Source of the DNA: an uncultured Deinococcaceae bacterium
GTDB taxonomy: Bacteria; Deinococcota; Deinococci; Deinococcales; Deinococcaceae
Assembly (NCBI GenBank): GCA_964252075.1
Contig: CAXULY010000082.1
Location: 1 to 10,477 of the forward strand
DNA length: 10,477 bases
Direction: 5' to 3'
Numbering within the stretch: position 1 is the first letter of the stretch; every line of letters starts with the position of its first letter. The translations under genes were made by a program, and so were the position numbers. The notes beneath the pieces are model-generated. The model did not search any database and was not told where the DNA came from. It worked only from the letters and a program-made list of their open reading frames with translations. This document shows, one piece after another, positions 1 through 8,298 of the stretch.

Positions 1-2
1 CC

Positions 3-998
3 CTGCCGCTGATCCTGCTGGCGGTGACCTTCCTGATCGTGCTGGTGATGCAGCTGATTCCGCCGGAGCAGCGCGCCGCCGCGTACATGACCAACCTGTC
101 GCAGCTCTCGCGCGTCCCGGAGATCGTCAAGACCAACCACCTGGACAGCAACGTCTTCGTGCAGTACGGCCTGTGGCTGCGCCAGGCGCTGGAGGGAAAC
201 CTGGGCTTCTCGCGCACCAGCGGCGAACCGGTACTGGCCGCGCTGCGCGCGCACATGCCCGCCACGGTGGAACTCGCGCTGTACACCCTGCTGCCCCTCA
301 GCGCGCTCGGCGTGTGGCTGGGCGGTCAGGCGGCCGTGCACCGCCACCGCGCCGTGGACACCACCATCCGGGTGTTCGCGGTGCTCGGGTACAGCATTCC
401 CAGCTTCGTGCTGGGCGTGTGGCTGCTGGTGATCTTCTACGGAGCGCTGGACCTGCTGCCCGGCACCGGCAACCTCAGCAACGACAGCGCCGTGCTGCTC
501 CTCACGGGCGGCGTGCACCACTACACCGGCCTCGTCACCGTGGACGCCCTCCTGAGCGGGCGGCCGGACGTCTTCTGGGACGCCCTGAAGCACCTGATCC
601 TGCCGGTCCTGACGCTGCTGGTGGTGAACAGCGCGGCGCTCATCAAGGGCACCCGCGCCAGCATGATCGAGGCGCTGCGCAGCGATTACGTGCGCACCGC
701 GCGCGCGAAGGGCGTCGCGGAACGCCGCGTGATTCGCGAGCACGCCCGGCGCAACACGCTCCTGTCGGTGGTGACGCTCATCGCGCTGAGCGTGTCGGGT
801 CTGCTGCAGGGCGCCGTGCTGGCCGAGACGCTCTACGGGTACCCGGGTGTGGGCGGCTGGGCGGCGCAGGCGGCGGCGCTGGGGGACCTGCCGGGCGTGC
901 TGGGCTTCGCGCTGCTGACCGCCACGGTGGTGGTCGTCGTGAACCTGCTCGCCGACCTCGCCTACGCCCTCGTTGATCCCCGCGTGAGGTACGCGTGA
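3..998 (+). CDS. Peptide/nickel ABC transporter permease, DppB/OppB-like (5'-truncated by window edge)
   Basis: The frame is open from base 3 (LPLILLAVTFLIVLVMQ...), so the true start is upstream and GTG 24 is internal. Multiple hydrophobic TM segments, GNLGFS and SIPSFVLG motifs, EAA loop (TRASMIEALRSDYVRTARAKGV) and the typical DppB C-terminus DLAYALVDPRVRY. Confidence 0.95.
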   Translation: MPLILLAVTFLIVLVMQLIPPEQRAAAYMTNLSQLSRVPEIVKTNHLDSNVFVQYGLWLRQALEGNLGFSRTSGEPVLAALRAHMPATVELALYTLLPLSALGVWLGGQAAVHRHRAVDTTIRVFAVLGYSIPSFVLGVWLLVIFYGALDLLPGTGNLSNDSAVLLLTGGVHHYTGLVTVDALLSGRPDVFWDALKHLILPVLTLLVVNSAALIKGTRASMIEALRSDYVRTARAKGVAERRVIREHARRNTLLSVVTLIALSVSGLLQGAVLAETLYGYPGVGGWAAQAAALGDLPGVLGFALLTATVVVVVNLLADLAYALVDPRVRYA

Positions 999-1987
999 AC
1001 GCCACCCGCCCCGCCCGCCGCGCGGCGGCACGCCCGCCCGGGTCGCCCGCCCGGCGGCGCGCGCGCCACCGCCTGCCCGCGCGCATCGGGGCGGCCGTCG
1101 TGGGCCTGTTCGTGGTGGTGGCGCTGCTGGCGCCGCTGCTCGCGCCGCCGCAGGGCAACTGCCGCCGCGACCTGAACCTCACCGACGCCCAGCGCGGCCC
1201 CGGGGTGGTGGCGTACCTGCGTGAGGTGATCGCCCCGCCCGCCAGCTGCCTGCAGATGCCGCGCCAGGGCTTCGCCGCGCAGCCCAAGCCGCCCAGCGCG
1301 GACGCGCCGCTGGGCCGCGTGGGCGGTTACGACATCCGCTACGGGCTGGTGTGGGGCACGCGCACCGCGTTCTTCCTGGGCCTCACGGTGGTGGGCATCA
1401 GCCTGATCGTGGGGGGCCTGATCGGGCTCGCGGCGGGGTACTTCGGCGGCGCGCTGGACAACCTCCTGATGCGCGTCACGGACGTGACCTTCGCCTTCCC
1501 AGCGCTGGTGCTGGTGCTGGTGCTCGTCGCGGCGCTCGGGCCAGGCCTCGGGAACATCATCCTCGCGCTGAGCCTCATCTCGTGGACGGGGCTGGCGCGC
1601 GTGGTGCGCGCGGAGGTGCTGCGGGTGCGCGAGCAGGAGTTCGTCGCGGCCGCGCACAGCCTCGGCGCGAGCGACGCGCGGGTGGCGCTGCGCCACGTGC
1701 TGCCCAGTTCGCTGGGCCCCATGCTCAGCCTCGTGGTGCTGGAGATGGGCGCGCTGCCCATCGTGGCGGGCGCGCTCAGCTTCCTGGGGCTCGGCACGCC
1801 GCTCGGCTCCGCCGACTGGGGGCAGCTGATCGCCCTCGCGCAGAAATGGATTCAGGGCCCGCCCGGCCAGCCGTTCGCCTACTGGTACGTGACCCTCTTC
1901 CCGGGCCTGTGCATCGCCGTGTACAGCCTCGGCTGGAACCTGCTGGGCGACGCCATCAGTGAAGGCCTCGACCCCCGCAACCGCTGA
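995..1987 (+). CDS. Peptide/nickel ABC transporter permease, DppC/OppC-like
   Basis: GTG start overlaps the upstream stop (GTGA 995-998). Motifs GYFGGALDNLLMRVTD, EAA loop ARVVRAEVLRVREQEFVAAAHSLGAS, LSFLGLG..ADWG and NLLGDAISEGLDPR. Confidence 0.95.
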   Translation: MNATRPARRAAARPPGSPARRRARHRLPARIGAAVVGLFVVVALLAPLLAPPQGNCRRDLNLTDAQRGPGVVAYLREVIAPPASCLQMPRQGFAAQPKPPSADAPLGRVGGYDIRYGLVWGTRTAFFLGLTVVGISLIVGGLIGLAAGYFGGALDNLLMRVTDVTFAFPALVLVLVLVAALGPGLGNIILALSLISWTGLARVVRAEVLRVREQEFVAAAHSLGASDARVALRHVLPSSLGPMLSLVVLEMGALPIVAGALSFLGLGTPLGSADWGQLIALAQKWIQGPPGQPFAYWYVTLFPGLCIAVYSLGWNLLGDAISEGLDPRNR

Positions 1988-2027
1988 AGGACCGCGCGCC
2001 GCTCCCCCCGACCCTGGAGGTCCCCGC

Positions 2028-3701
2028 ATGAACAGACGCATTCTGCCGCTCGCCCTCGCCCTGAGCGCCTCCATGGCGCTCGCCACGCCCAAGGACACCC
2101 TGGTGTACCAGGTGGCGGCCGCCACCGCCAGCATCGAACCTGCGCAGGCCGTCGCGACCTACGAGGTCCTGCCCGTGCAGCAGCTGTACGAGGGGCTGTA
2201 CCTGAACAACTTCGGCACGTACACGCCGCTGCTCGCCACGGCGTACACGCAGAGCGCCGACGGCCGCGTCACGACCTTCACCCTGCGCCGCGGCGTGAAG
2301 TTCCACGACGGCGCCACCATGACGTGCGCGGACGCCGAGTACTCGCTGCGCCGCGTGTTCCTGGTGGGAGACGAGACCTCCGAGGCCGCGCAGATCCGCA
2401 GCAACCTCCTGGGCATCACGGCCTTCACGCCGGACGTCAAGAAGCGCTTCACCTTCGACACGCTCGCGCGCACCGTGAAGTGCAACGCCGCCGGGCAGCT
2501 GGTGCTCAGCCTCGACCACAACGTGCCCAGCCTGCTGGACTCCATCACGCAGGCGTACATCGTGCCGCGCGCCGCGCTCGTGGCGGGCGGCGACTGGAGC
2601 GGCACCGCCAAGGACTTCGCGTCCTTTATGGGCAAGGACGTCTCGAACTCCGTGCTGGCCCAGAAGCCCGACGGCACCGGCGCGTACAGCTTCGTGGCGC
2701 GCGACCCGAGCCGCTTCGTCATGAAGGCCTTCAGCAGCTACTGGGGCGGCGCGCCCGCGCTGAAGAACGTCATCCTGCAGAAGGTGGACAGTGACACCGC
2801 GCGCGTGCTGGCGCTCCAGAAGGGCGACGCGGACATCGCGATCATCCCGGACCGCGACACCCTCGCGAAACTCAAGGGCGTGCCGGGCGTGACGGTGTAC
2901 GAGCGCCTCCCGACGCGCGACCTCACCACGGTGGTGCTGTTCAACCAGACTGTCAAGGACGACCGCTTCCTGCCCGCGGGTCAGTTCGCGCAGAACAACG
3001 CGCCCGTGAACCTGTTCAGCGACATTCACGTGCGGCGCGCCTTCGCCGCCGCCTTCGACCCGCAGACCTTCACCCGCGACGCCCTGCAGGGCCAGGGCGT
3101 GGCGCGGCACACCACCCTGCCGCCCAACAACTGGGCGGACGACGCGACGCTGAAGCCGCCCGCGCACAACCTCAAGACCGCCGAGGCGGAATTCAGGCAG
3201 GCCTTCGGTGGGAAGCTGTGGGCAACCGGCTTCACCATCCCGATTGATTTCGTGGCGGGCAGCGGCCTGGACGAGGTGGTGTCCGGCATCTTCAAGCAGA
3301 ACATCGAGGGCCTCAACCCGAAATTCCACATCGAGGTGAGCTCGCAGGAACTCAGCGCGGGCAACGCCGCGCTGCTGGGCGGCAAGCTGCCGCTGAGCGC
3401 CCTGACGTGGGGCGGCGCCGACCCGGACACCGTGCTGCGCGGCCTGTTCAGCGCCAAGGGCATCCTGGGGACCGCCACGAACTTCGCCGACCCGAAACTC
3501 GAGGCGATGCTCGACAAGGCCAGCGGCGCGGTCGGTCAGGGCGCGCGCAAGCCGCTGTACAAGGCGCTGCTGGCGTACCTGAACACCCAGACCTACGCCT
3601 TCCCGCTGCCGCAGCCGCTCACCTTCGCGGCGACCAGCTCGGCCCTCAAGGGGTACACGAACTTCAACCGCACCAACCTGTTCCGCGCGCTGTCCAAGTG
3701 A
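2028..3701 (+). CDS. Peptide ABC transporter substrate-binding protein (family 5, DppA/OppA-like), 557 aa
   Basis: GGAGG RBS at 2016-2020 precedes ATG 2028. Sec signal peptide MNRRILPLALALSASMALA with no lipobox. Family-5 signature LYEGL..PLLA..SADGRVTTFTLRRGVKFHDG, plus PDGTGAY and FSDIHVRRAF. Confidence 0.95.
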   Translation: MNRRILPLALALSASMALATPKDTLVYQVAAATASIEPAQAVATYEVLPVQQLYEGLYLNNFGTYTPLLATAYTQSADGRVTTFTLRRGVKFHDGATMTCADAEYSLRRVFLVGDETSEAAQIRSNLLGITAFTPDVKKRFTFDTLARTVKCNAAGQLVLSLDHNVPSLLDSITQAYIVPRAALVAGGDWSGTAKDFASFMGKDVSNSVLAQKPDGTGAYSFVARDPSRFVMKAFSSYWGGAPALKNVILQKVDSDTARVLALQKGDADIAIIPDRDTLAKLKGVPGVTVYERLPTRDLTTVVLFNQTVKDDRFLPAGQFAQNNAPVNLFSDIHVRRAFAAAFDPQTFTRDALQGQGVARHTTLPPNNWADDATLKPPAHNLKTAEAEFRQAFGGKLWATGFTIPIDFVAGSGLDEVVSGIFKQNIEGLNPKFHIEVSSQELSAGNAALLGGKLPLSALTWGGADPDTVLRGLFSAKGILGTATNFADPKLEAMLDKASGAVGQGARKPLYKALLAYLNTQTYAFPLPQPLTFAATSSALKGYTNFNRTNLFRALSK

Positions 3702-3721
3702 ACCCGCACAAGGAGAACCCC

Positions 3722-5218
3722 ATGACCAGCCCCACCCTGCCCAGCGCCGTCCTCGCCGCCGCCTTCGAAGCGGAAGCGCGCCGCCTCTTCCAGCAGTCCG
3801 GCGTGCCCGGCGCGAGCTTCACGCTGCTGCTCCCGGACGGCGACTACCACGTGGACCTCGGCGTGACGAACCTCGAACACCCGCTGCCCGTCACCGCCCA
3901 GACCTTCTTTCAGATCGGCAGCACCACCAAGACCCTCACCTCGCTGGTCTGCTCAACGCTGGTCGCGGAAGGCAAACTGGACCTCGACGCCCCCGTGCGC
4001 ACGTACCTGCCGGACTTCGCGCTGCAGGACCAGCACGCCGCCGAGCACGCCACCGTGCGGGACCTGCTGACGCACCAGGGCGGCTGGCTGGGCGACCTGT
4101 TCGAGGACACCGGCGACGGCGACGACGCCCTCACGCGCGGGCTCGACAAGCTCGCCGAGAGCCCCCAGATCGTGCCGCTGCGCGGCCACTGGAGCTACAA
4201 CAACTCCGGCTTCTTCGTGGTGGGCCGCATCATCGAGGTGCTCACCGGGCAGACCTACGAGCAGGCCGTGACGCAGCGCGTGCTGAAGCCGCTCGGCATG
4301 GACCACACCCTCTTCTTCCCGAACGAGATCATGACGCACCGTTTCGCCGCCGGGCACAACAAGGTCGGCGGGGCGTTCCAGGTGCAGCGCCCCTGGATGA
4401 TGATGCGCTCCGCCGCGCCGGCGGGCAGCACCTGCTCCTCCACCAGCGAGGACATGGCGAAGTACGCACACTTCATCATGGACGGCCGCATGACGCCCAG
4501 CCCTGCGCCCGCGGCGCCCAAAGCGGAGGGTGAGGCGCAGGAGGGCGAGGCGGAGGCGGCCGCGCCCGCCGAACCCGCCCTGAAGCAGGTGAACCGCGCG
4601 AGCCTGTGGGAGCGGCGCATCCCCATCGGGAACGCCTTCAACGCCTTTCCCGGCGAACTCGGGCAGATGGGCCAGAGCTGGTTCGTGGACGAGTACGAGG
4701 GCGCCACCATCCTCAGTCACGGCGGCACCACCATCGGGCAGCAGTCGGACTTCTGGGTGTCACCGGACCGCCACGTGGGCTTCATCGCCATGACGAACGC
4801 CAGCAGCGGCCACGCCCTGAACCGCCAGCTGAGCGCCTGGGTGAAGCGCGCGGTGCTGGGCCTCACGCCGCCCGAACTGGGCCAGCACGAACACGCCGAG
4901 GACGCGCTGGCGGACTTCACGGGCCAGTACAACGTGGTGGGGCAGACGTACACCCTGCAGGCGGCGGTGCGCGACGGCGGCTTCGTGCTCACCATTCCGG
5001 ACTCCGCCAGCGGCGAGACCGTGGACCTGAACGTGCGCTTCATCGAACCGGAGCGCGCAGTGGTGGTGGGCGGCGACGCGGACGGCCTGGGCCTGGAGTT
5101 CCTGCGGGACGCGCAGGGCGTCGTGGACTTCATGCGCTTCGGCGGGCGGCTGTACCCGCGCGAACTGGGGGGCGCGGACGCCACCGAAGCGGAGCCCGCG
5201 GCCGTGCAGCAGGGATGA
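3722..5218 (+). CDS. Serine hydrolase, beta-lactamase class C / penicillin-binding-protein-like family, predicted cytoplasmic, 498 aa
   Basis: AGGAG RBS at 3711-3715 precedes ATG 3722. SxxK (FQIGSTTK, STTK at 3920-3931), LLTHQGG, YxN (YNN, 4196-4204), HGG (4718-4726). No signal peptide. Confidence 0.92.
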   Translation: MTSPTLPSAVLAAAFEAEARRLFQQSGVPGASFTLLLPDGDYHVDLGVTNLEHPLPVTAQTFFQIGSTTKTLTSLVCSTLVAEGKLDLDAPVRTYLPDFALQDQHAAEHATVRDLLTHQGGWLGDLFEDTGDGDDALTRGLDKLAESPQIVPLRGHWSYNNSGFFVVGRIIEVLTGQTYEQAVTQRVLKPLGMDHTLFFPNEIMTHRFAAGHNKVGGAFQVQRPWMMMRSAAPAGSTCSSTSEDMAKYAHFIMDGRMTPSPAPAAPKAEGEAQEGEAEAAAPAEPALKQVNRASLWERRIPIGNAFNAFPGELGQMGQSWFVDEYEGATILSHGGTTIGQQSDFWVSPDRHVGFIAMTNASSGHALNRQLSAWVKRAVLGLTPPELGQHEHAEDALADFTGQYNVVGQTYTLQAAVRDGGFVLTIPDSASGETVDLNVRFIEPERAVVVGGDADGLGLEFLRDAQGVVDFMRFGGRLYPRELGGADATEAEPAAVQQG

Positions 5219-6873
5219 ACCGCGTGTGGCTGGTGGGCGGCACCGTCGTGGACGGCACGGGGGCGCCCGGGCGCCCCCTGGACCTGCTGATTGAGGGGGA
5301 CCGCATTGCGCACCTCGCGGCGCCCGGCGGCCCCACGCCAGGCGCCGCCGAGGTGGTGGACGCCACCGGCATGGTGGTGGCGCCCGGCTTCATCGACGTG
5401 ATGAGCCACTCCGTCGCCACCCTGCTGCGCGACGGCCTGAGCGTCGGGAAGGTCACGCAGGGCGTCACGACCGAAATCATGGGGGAAGGCTGGACGCCCG
5501 CCCCCGCCATCCCCGGCGAGCCGCACGGCTTCCCCATTCACGGCCTGCCGGGCGACGACCCCAGCTGGGCGGAGCGCTCGCAGGGCTGGGCGCGCTTCGG
5601 GGACTGGATGCGCGCCCAGGAAGCGGTGGGCGCGTCCGTGAACTTCGGCTCCTTCGTGGGGGGCGCGACCGTGCGGCAGCTGGCCCGCGGGCACACCGAG
5701 GGCCGCAGCAGCCCACAGGAACTCGCCCTCATGCGCCGCGCCGTGCGCGAGGCCATGGAGGACGGCGCCTACGGCCTCGCCACCGCGCTCATCTACCCGC
5801 CCGGCAGCTTCGCGGAGACCGACGAAGTGGTGGCGCTGTGCGAGGAAGTCGCGGCCTTCGGTGGCATCTACACCACCCACATGCGCTCGGAAGGCGAAGC
5901 GATCCTGGACGGCCTCGTCGAGGCGCTGGAGATCACCGGGCGCAGCGGCGCGCGCCTGCACCTCTACCACCTCAAGGCGGCCGGCACGCCCGCCTGGCCG
6001 AAAATGGAGCAGGTCATCGCGCGCGTGAACGCCGAACGCGCCGCGGGCCGCGACATCCACGCGGACCTGTACCTGTACACGGCGGGCGGCACGGGCCTGT
6101 CCGCCGTCACGCCACCATGGGCCAGCGCCGACGAGGGGCTGCTGGCGCGCCTGCGCGACCCGCAGGAACGCGCGCGCGTCCGGGCGGCCATGCAGGACCC
6201 GGACGGCAGCTGGGAGCCGCTCGGGCACCTCGCGGGCCCGCACGGCGTGTTCCCGGTGGGCCTCAAGCACCCGGACCACGCGGGCTACCGTGGGCGCTCC
6301 CTCGCGGAGATCGCGGAGTTGCGCGGGCAGCATTGGATGGACGCCGCCCTCGACCTGCTGGACCTTGAGGAGAACCGCGTCGACAGCCTGTACCACCTGA
6401 TGAGCGAGGACAACATCGAGCGTCAGCTGCGCGAGCCGTGGGTGATGCTGGGGTCCGACGCCGCGGGCGGCGCCCCGGAGGACACCTGGGAGGGCAGCGC
6501 GGACGGCCACCCGCGCGCCCTCGGGAACTTCACGCGCCTGCTCGGCGAGTACGTGCGCGAGCGCGGCGTGCTGACCCTGGAGGACGCCGTGCACCGCATG
6601 ACGGGCCTGCCCGCCGCACACCTGCGGCTGCAGGAGCGCGGCGAGCTGAAGGCCGGGCACTTCGCGGACGTGGTGATCTTCGACCCCAGAACCGTGCGCG
6701 ACCGCGCCACGTACGCCCAACCGAACCTGCGCTCCGAGGGCGTGCGGGACGTGTGGGTGAACGGCGTCCGGGTGCTCGCGGACGGAACGCACACCCACGC
6801 GCGACCGGGCCGGCACCTGCCCGCGCCCGGCGCGCGGCAGGACGGCACAATGAACGGCGTGACGAACGCATGA
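5215..6873 (+). CDS. N-acyl-D-amino-acid deacylase (D-aminoacylase)-family amidohydrolase, 552 aa
   Basis: ATG overlaps the upstream stop (ATGA 5215-5218). Motifs GGTVVDGTG, VVAPGFID, QGVTTE, ALIYPPG, THMRSE, YHLK, LGSDA, HPRALGNFTRLLGEYVRE and RGELKAGHFADVVIFDP. Confidence 0.9.
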   Translation: MNRVWLVGGTVVDGTGAPGRPLDLLIEGDRIAHLAAPGGPTPGAAEVVDATGMVVAPGFIDVMSHSVATLLRDGLSVGKVTQGVTTEIMGEGWTPAPAIPGEPHGFPIHGLPGDDPSWAERSQGWARFGDWMRAQEAVGASVNFGSFVGGATVRQLARGHTEGRSSPQELALMRRAVREAMEDGAYGLATALIYPPGSFAETDEVVALCEEVAAFGGIYTTHMRSEGEAILDGLVEALEITGRSGARLHLYHLKAAGTPAWPKMEQVIARVNAERAAGRDIHADLYLYTAGGTGLSAVTPPWASADEGLLARLRDPQERARVRAAMQDPDGSWEPLGHLAGPHGVFPVGLKHPDHAGYRGRSLAEIAELRGQHWMDAALDLLDLEENRVDSLYHLMSEDNIERQLREPWVMLGSDAAGGAPEDTWEGSADGHPRALGNFTRLLGEYVRERGVLTLEDAVHRMTGLPAAHLRLQERGELKAGHFADVVIFDPRTVRDRATYAQPNLRSEGVRDVWVNGVRVLADGTHTHARPGRHLPAPGARQDGTMNGVTNA

Positions 6874-7721
6874 CCCTCCCCCCCAGCGCGGCCACGACCG
6901 CTGAGCACACGGCGGTCGCGCGGCTGCTGGTGGAACACCCCACCTTCGGGCCGCGCGACCAGATCATTGCGCGGTACGTCATCGACCACGTCGAGGAACT
7001 GCCGTTCCTGAGCGCCGGGGAGATCGCCGAAGCGCTGGGCGTGAGTGGCGCGGCCATCACGCGCTTCAGTCAGCGGGCCGGGTACGAGGGCTACCCGCAC
7101 CTGCAACGCGTGATCCGGCAGGACCTGCGCGCGACCCTGGGCCTCAGGCAGCCCGGCCCGCAGGACGCGGTCGTGGCGGACTTCTGGGCCAGCGAGCGCC
7201 TCAACCTGGACGGCCTGACCGCCCTGCCCGAAGCGCCCCTGCTGAACTTCGCGCGCGCCATCGCGCGCGCCCGGCAGCTGTGGATTGTGGGGTCGCGCGC
7301 CTCCTACGGGGTGTCCCTGATCGCCGAGTCGCTGCTGTCCTCCTTCCGCCCGCACGTCCAGGCGTACGCCGCCGACCTGCTCGCCAGCCGCCCCGAGCAA
7401 CTGCTCGAGGTGGGCGCGCAGGACGCCGCGCTGGTCTACACCATGCGGCGCTACAGCCGCGCCACCACCCGCGTGGTCCGCACGCTGCAGGGCCGCGGCG
7501 TGACCGTCCTGCTGATGACCGACCAGGGCGCCTCGCCCCTCACGAAGACCGCGGACCAGTGCCTGCGGGTGCCCACGCAGGGCTCCGACGCGATCGCGTC
7601 CGTCGCGCCGTTCGTGAGCCTCACAGGCCTGGTCGCGGCGCTGATGGCACGCGAACTGGGCGGCGGGCACCTGCGCGAGGCCGAACGCATCAAGGCGGAC
7701 TTCGCCGTCTACGAGTACTGA
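6870..7721 (+). CDS. MurR/RpiR family transcriptional regulator (N-terminal HTH + SIS domain), 283 aa
   Basis: ATG overlaps the upstream stop (ATGA 6870-6873). RpiR-type HTH (SAGEIAEALGVSGAAITRFSQRAGYEGYPHLQ) and SIS-like C-terminal domain (LWIVGSRAS, LLMTDQGASPL). Confidence 0.92.
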   Translation: MTLPPSAATTAEHTAVARLLVEHPTFGPRDQIIARYVIDHVEELPFLSAGEIAEALGVSGAAITRFSQRAGYEGYPHLQRVIRQDLRATLGLRQPGPQDAVVADFWASERLNLDGLTALPEAPLLNFARAIARARQLWIVGSRASYGVSLIAESLLSSFRPHVQAYAADLLASRPEQLLEVGAQDAALVYTMRRYSRATTRVVRTLQGRGVTVLLMTDQGASPLTKTADQCLRVPTQGSDAIASVAPFVSLTGLVAALMARELGGGHLREAERIKADFAVYEY

Positions 7722-7814
7722 CTGGTCGCCCGTGCTGGGCACAACCCAAGGGAGACAACTGGCGTTCAGGAGGACGGCAACCCGCCAACGGAACGCAGCC
7801 AACGCCCTGGTTTT

Positions 7815-7848
7815 GAGCCCCGTTGGCAACACGCCAAGGGCTTTTCTC
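7815..7848 (+). terminator. Probable intrinsic terminator of the transporter-hydrolase-regulator operon
   Basis: Hairpin AGCCC(7816-7820)-CG bulge-TTGGC / loop AACAC / GCCAA-GGGCT(7838-7842), running into TTTTCTC, about 95 nt after the regulator stop. The U-tract is short. Confidence 0.55.
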
Positions 7849-8228
7849 GTCGCGCCGCGTGCTCATCCATCTCTAACCCCTTGGATATGGCGTCGCGTCC
7901 TTTTCGACTGGCCTACCGACAAAGGGATGGTCACATGTGCGGCTCTTTAACGCCTGGAACATCTCCGTGTTTGACAGGGAAGGCCTGTCACGGCTCGTCA
8001 ATGGGCTCGGCCAAGCAGCGAGGTGAGGCACGTGTTCCGCACATGCGCTCGCTATAGGTATATCGATGCATCCAGATCATATAAATATCCTGAGCTGAAA
8101 GGTTGTCGTAGTTCGTTTTTATGAGAAGCGGCTGCAGGTCTGGGCTGACCACAGGATGCCGGGTGCGCGTAGCGTAGCGGGTTTTCCGGTCGCATGCGCT
8201 GAGACGACCAACGACCGCCGCGCAAAAA

Positions 8229-8294
8229 TGAAAAACCCTTCACTGGAATGAGAAGACTCTCACCCTTTATGAGTGAATGCTGAATCTTAAGTCA
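8229..8294. promoter_or_regulatory. Array of three TGA-N8-TCA dyad boxes (candidate transcription-factor operators)
   Basis: TGAAAAACCCTTCA 8229-8242, TGAGAAGACTCTCA 8249-8262 and TGAATCTTAAGTCA 8281-8294, in an AT-rich stretch upstream of the 8662 gene. Confidence 0.5.
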
Positions 8295-8298
8295 TCAT

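Noticed and set aside
4717..6816. 699-aa minus-strand ORF, plus other long antisense and alternate-frame ORFs (962-2134, 1956-3329, 6423-7832, 8968-10278, 173-976)
   Set aside because: They overlap well-supported + strand genes, have skewed Arg/Gly/Ala/His/Val-rich composition and no recognisable motifs. They are typical shadow ORFs of high-GC codon usage.
7738..7840. Degenerate GGCAAC..CCAA repeats as a mini-CRISPR
   Set aside because: Only 2-3 imperfect 15-16 bp units with irregular spacing and no cas genes.
7971..7976. Perfect TTGACA -35 hexamer
   Set aside because: No TAnnnT -10 at 16-18 bp spacing, and it sits within a hairpin arm.
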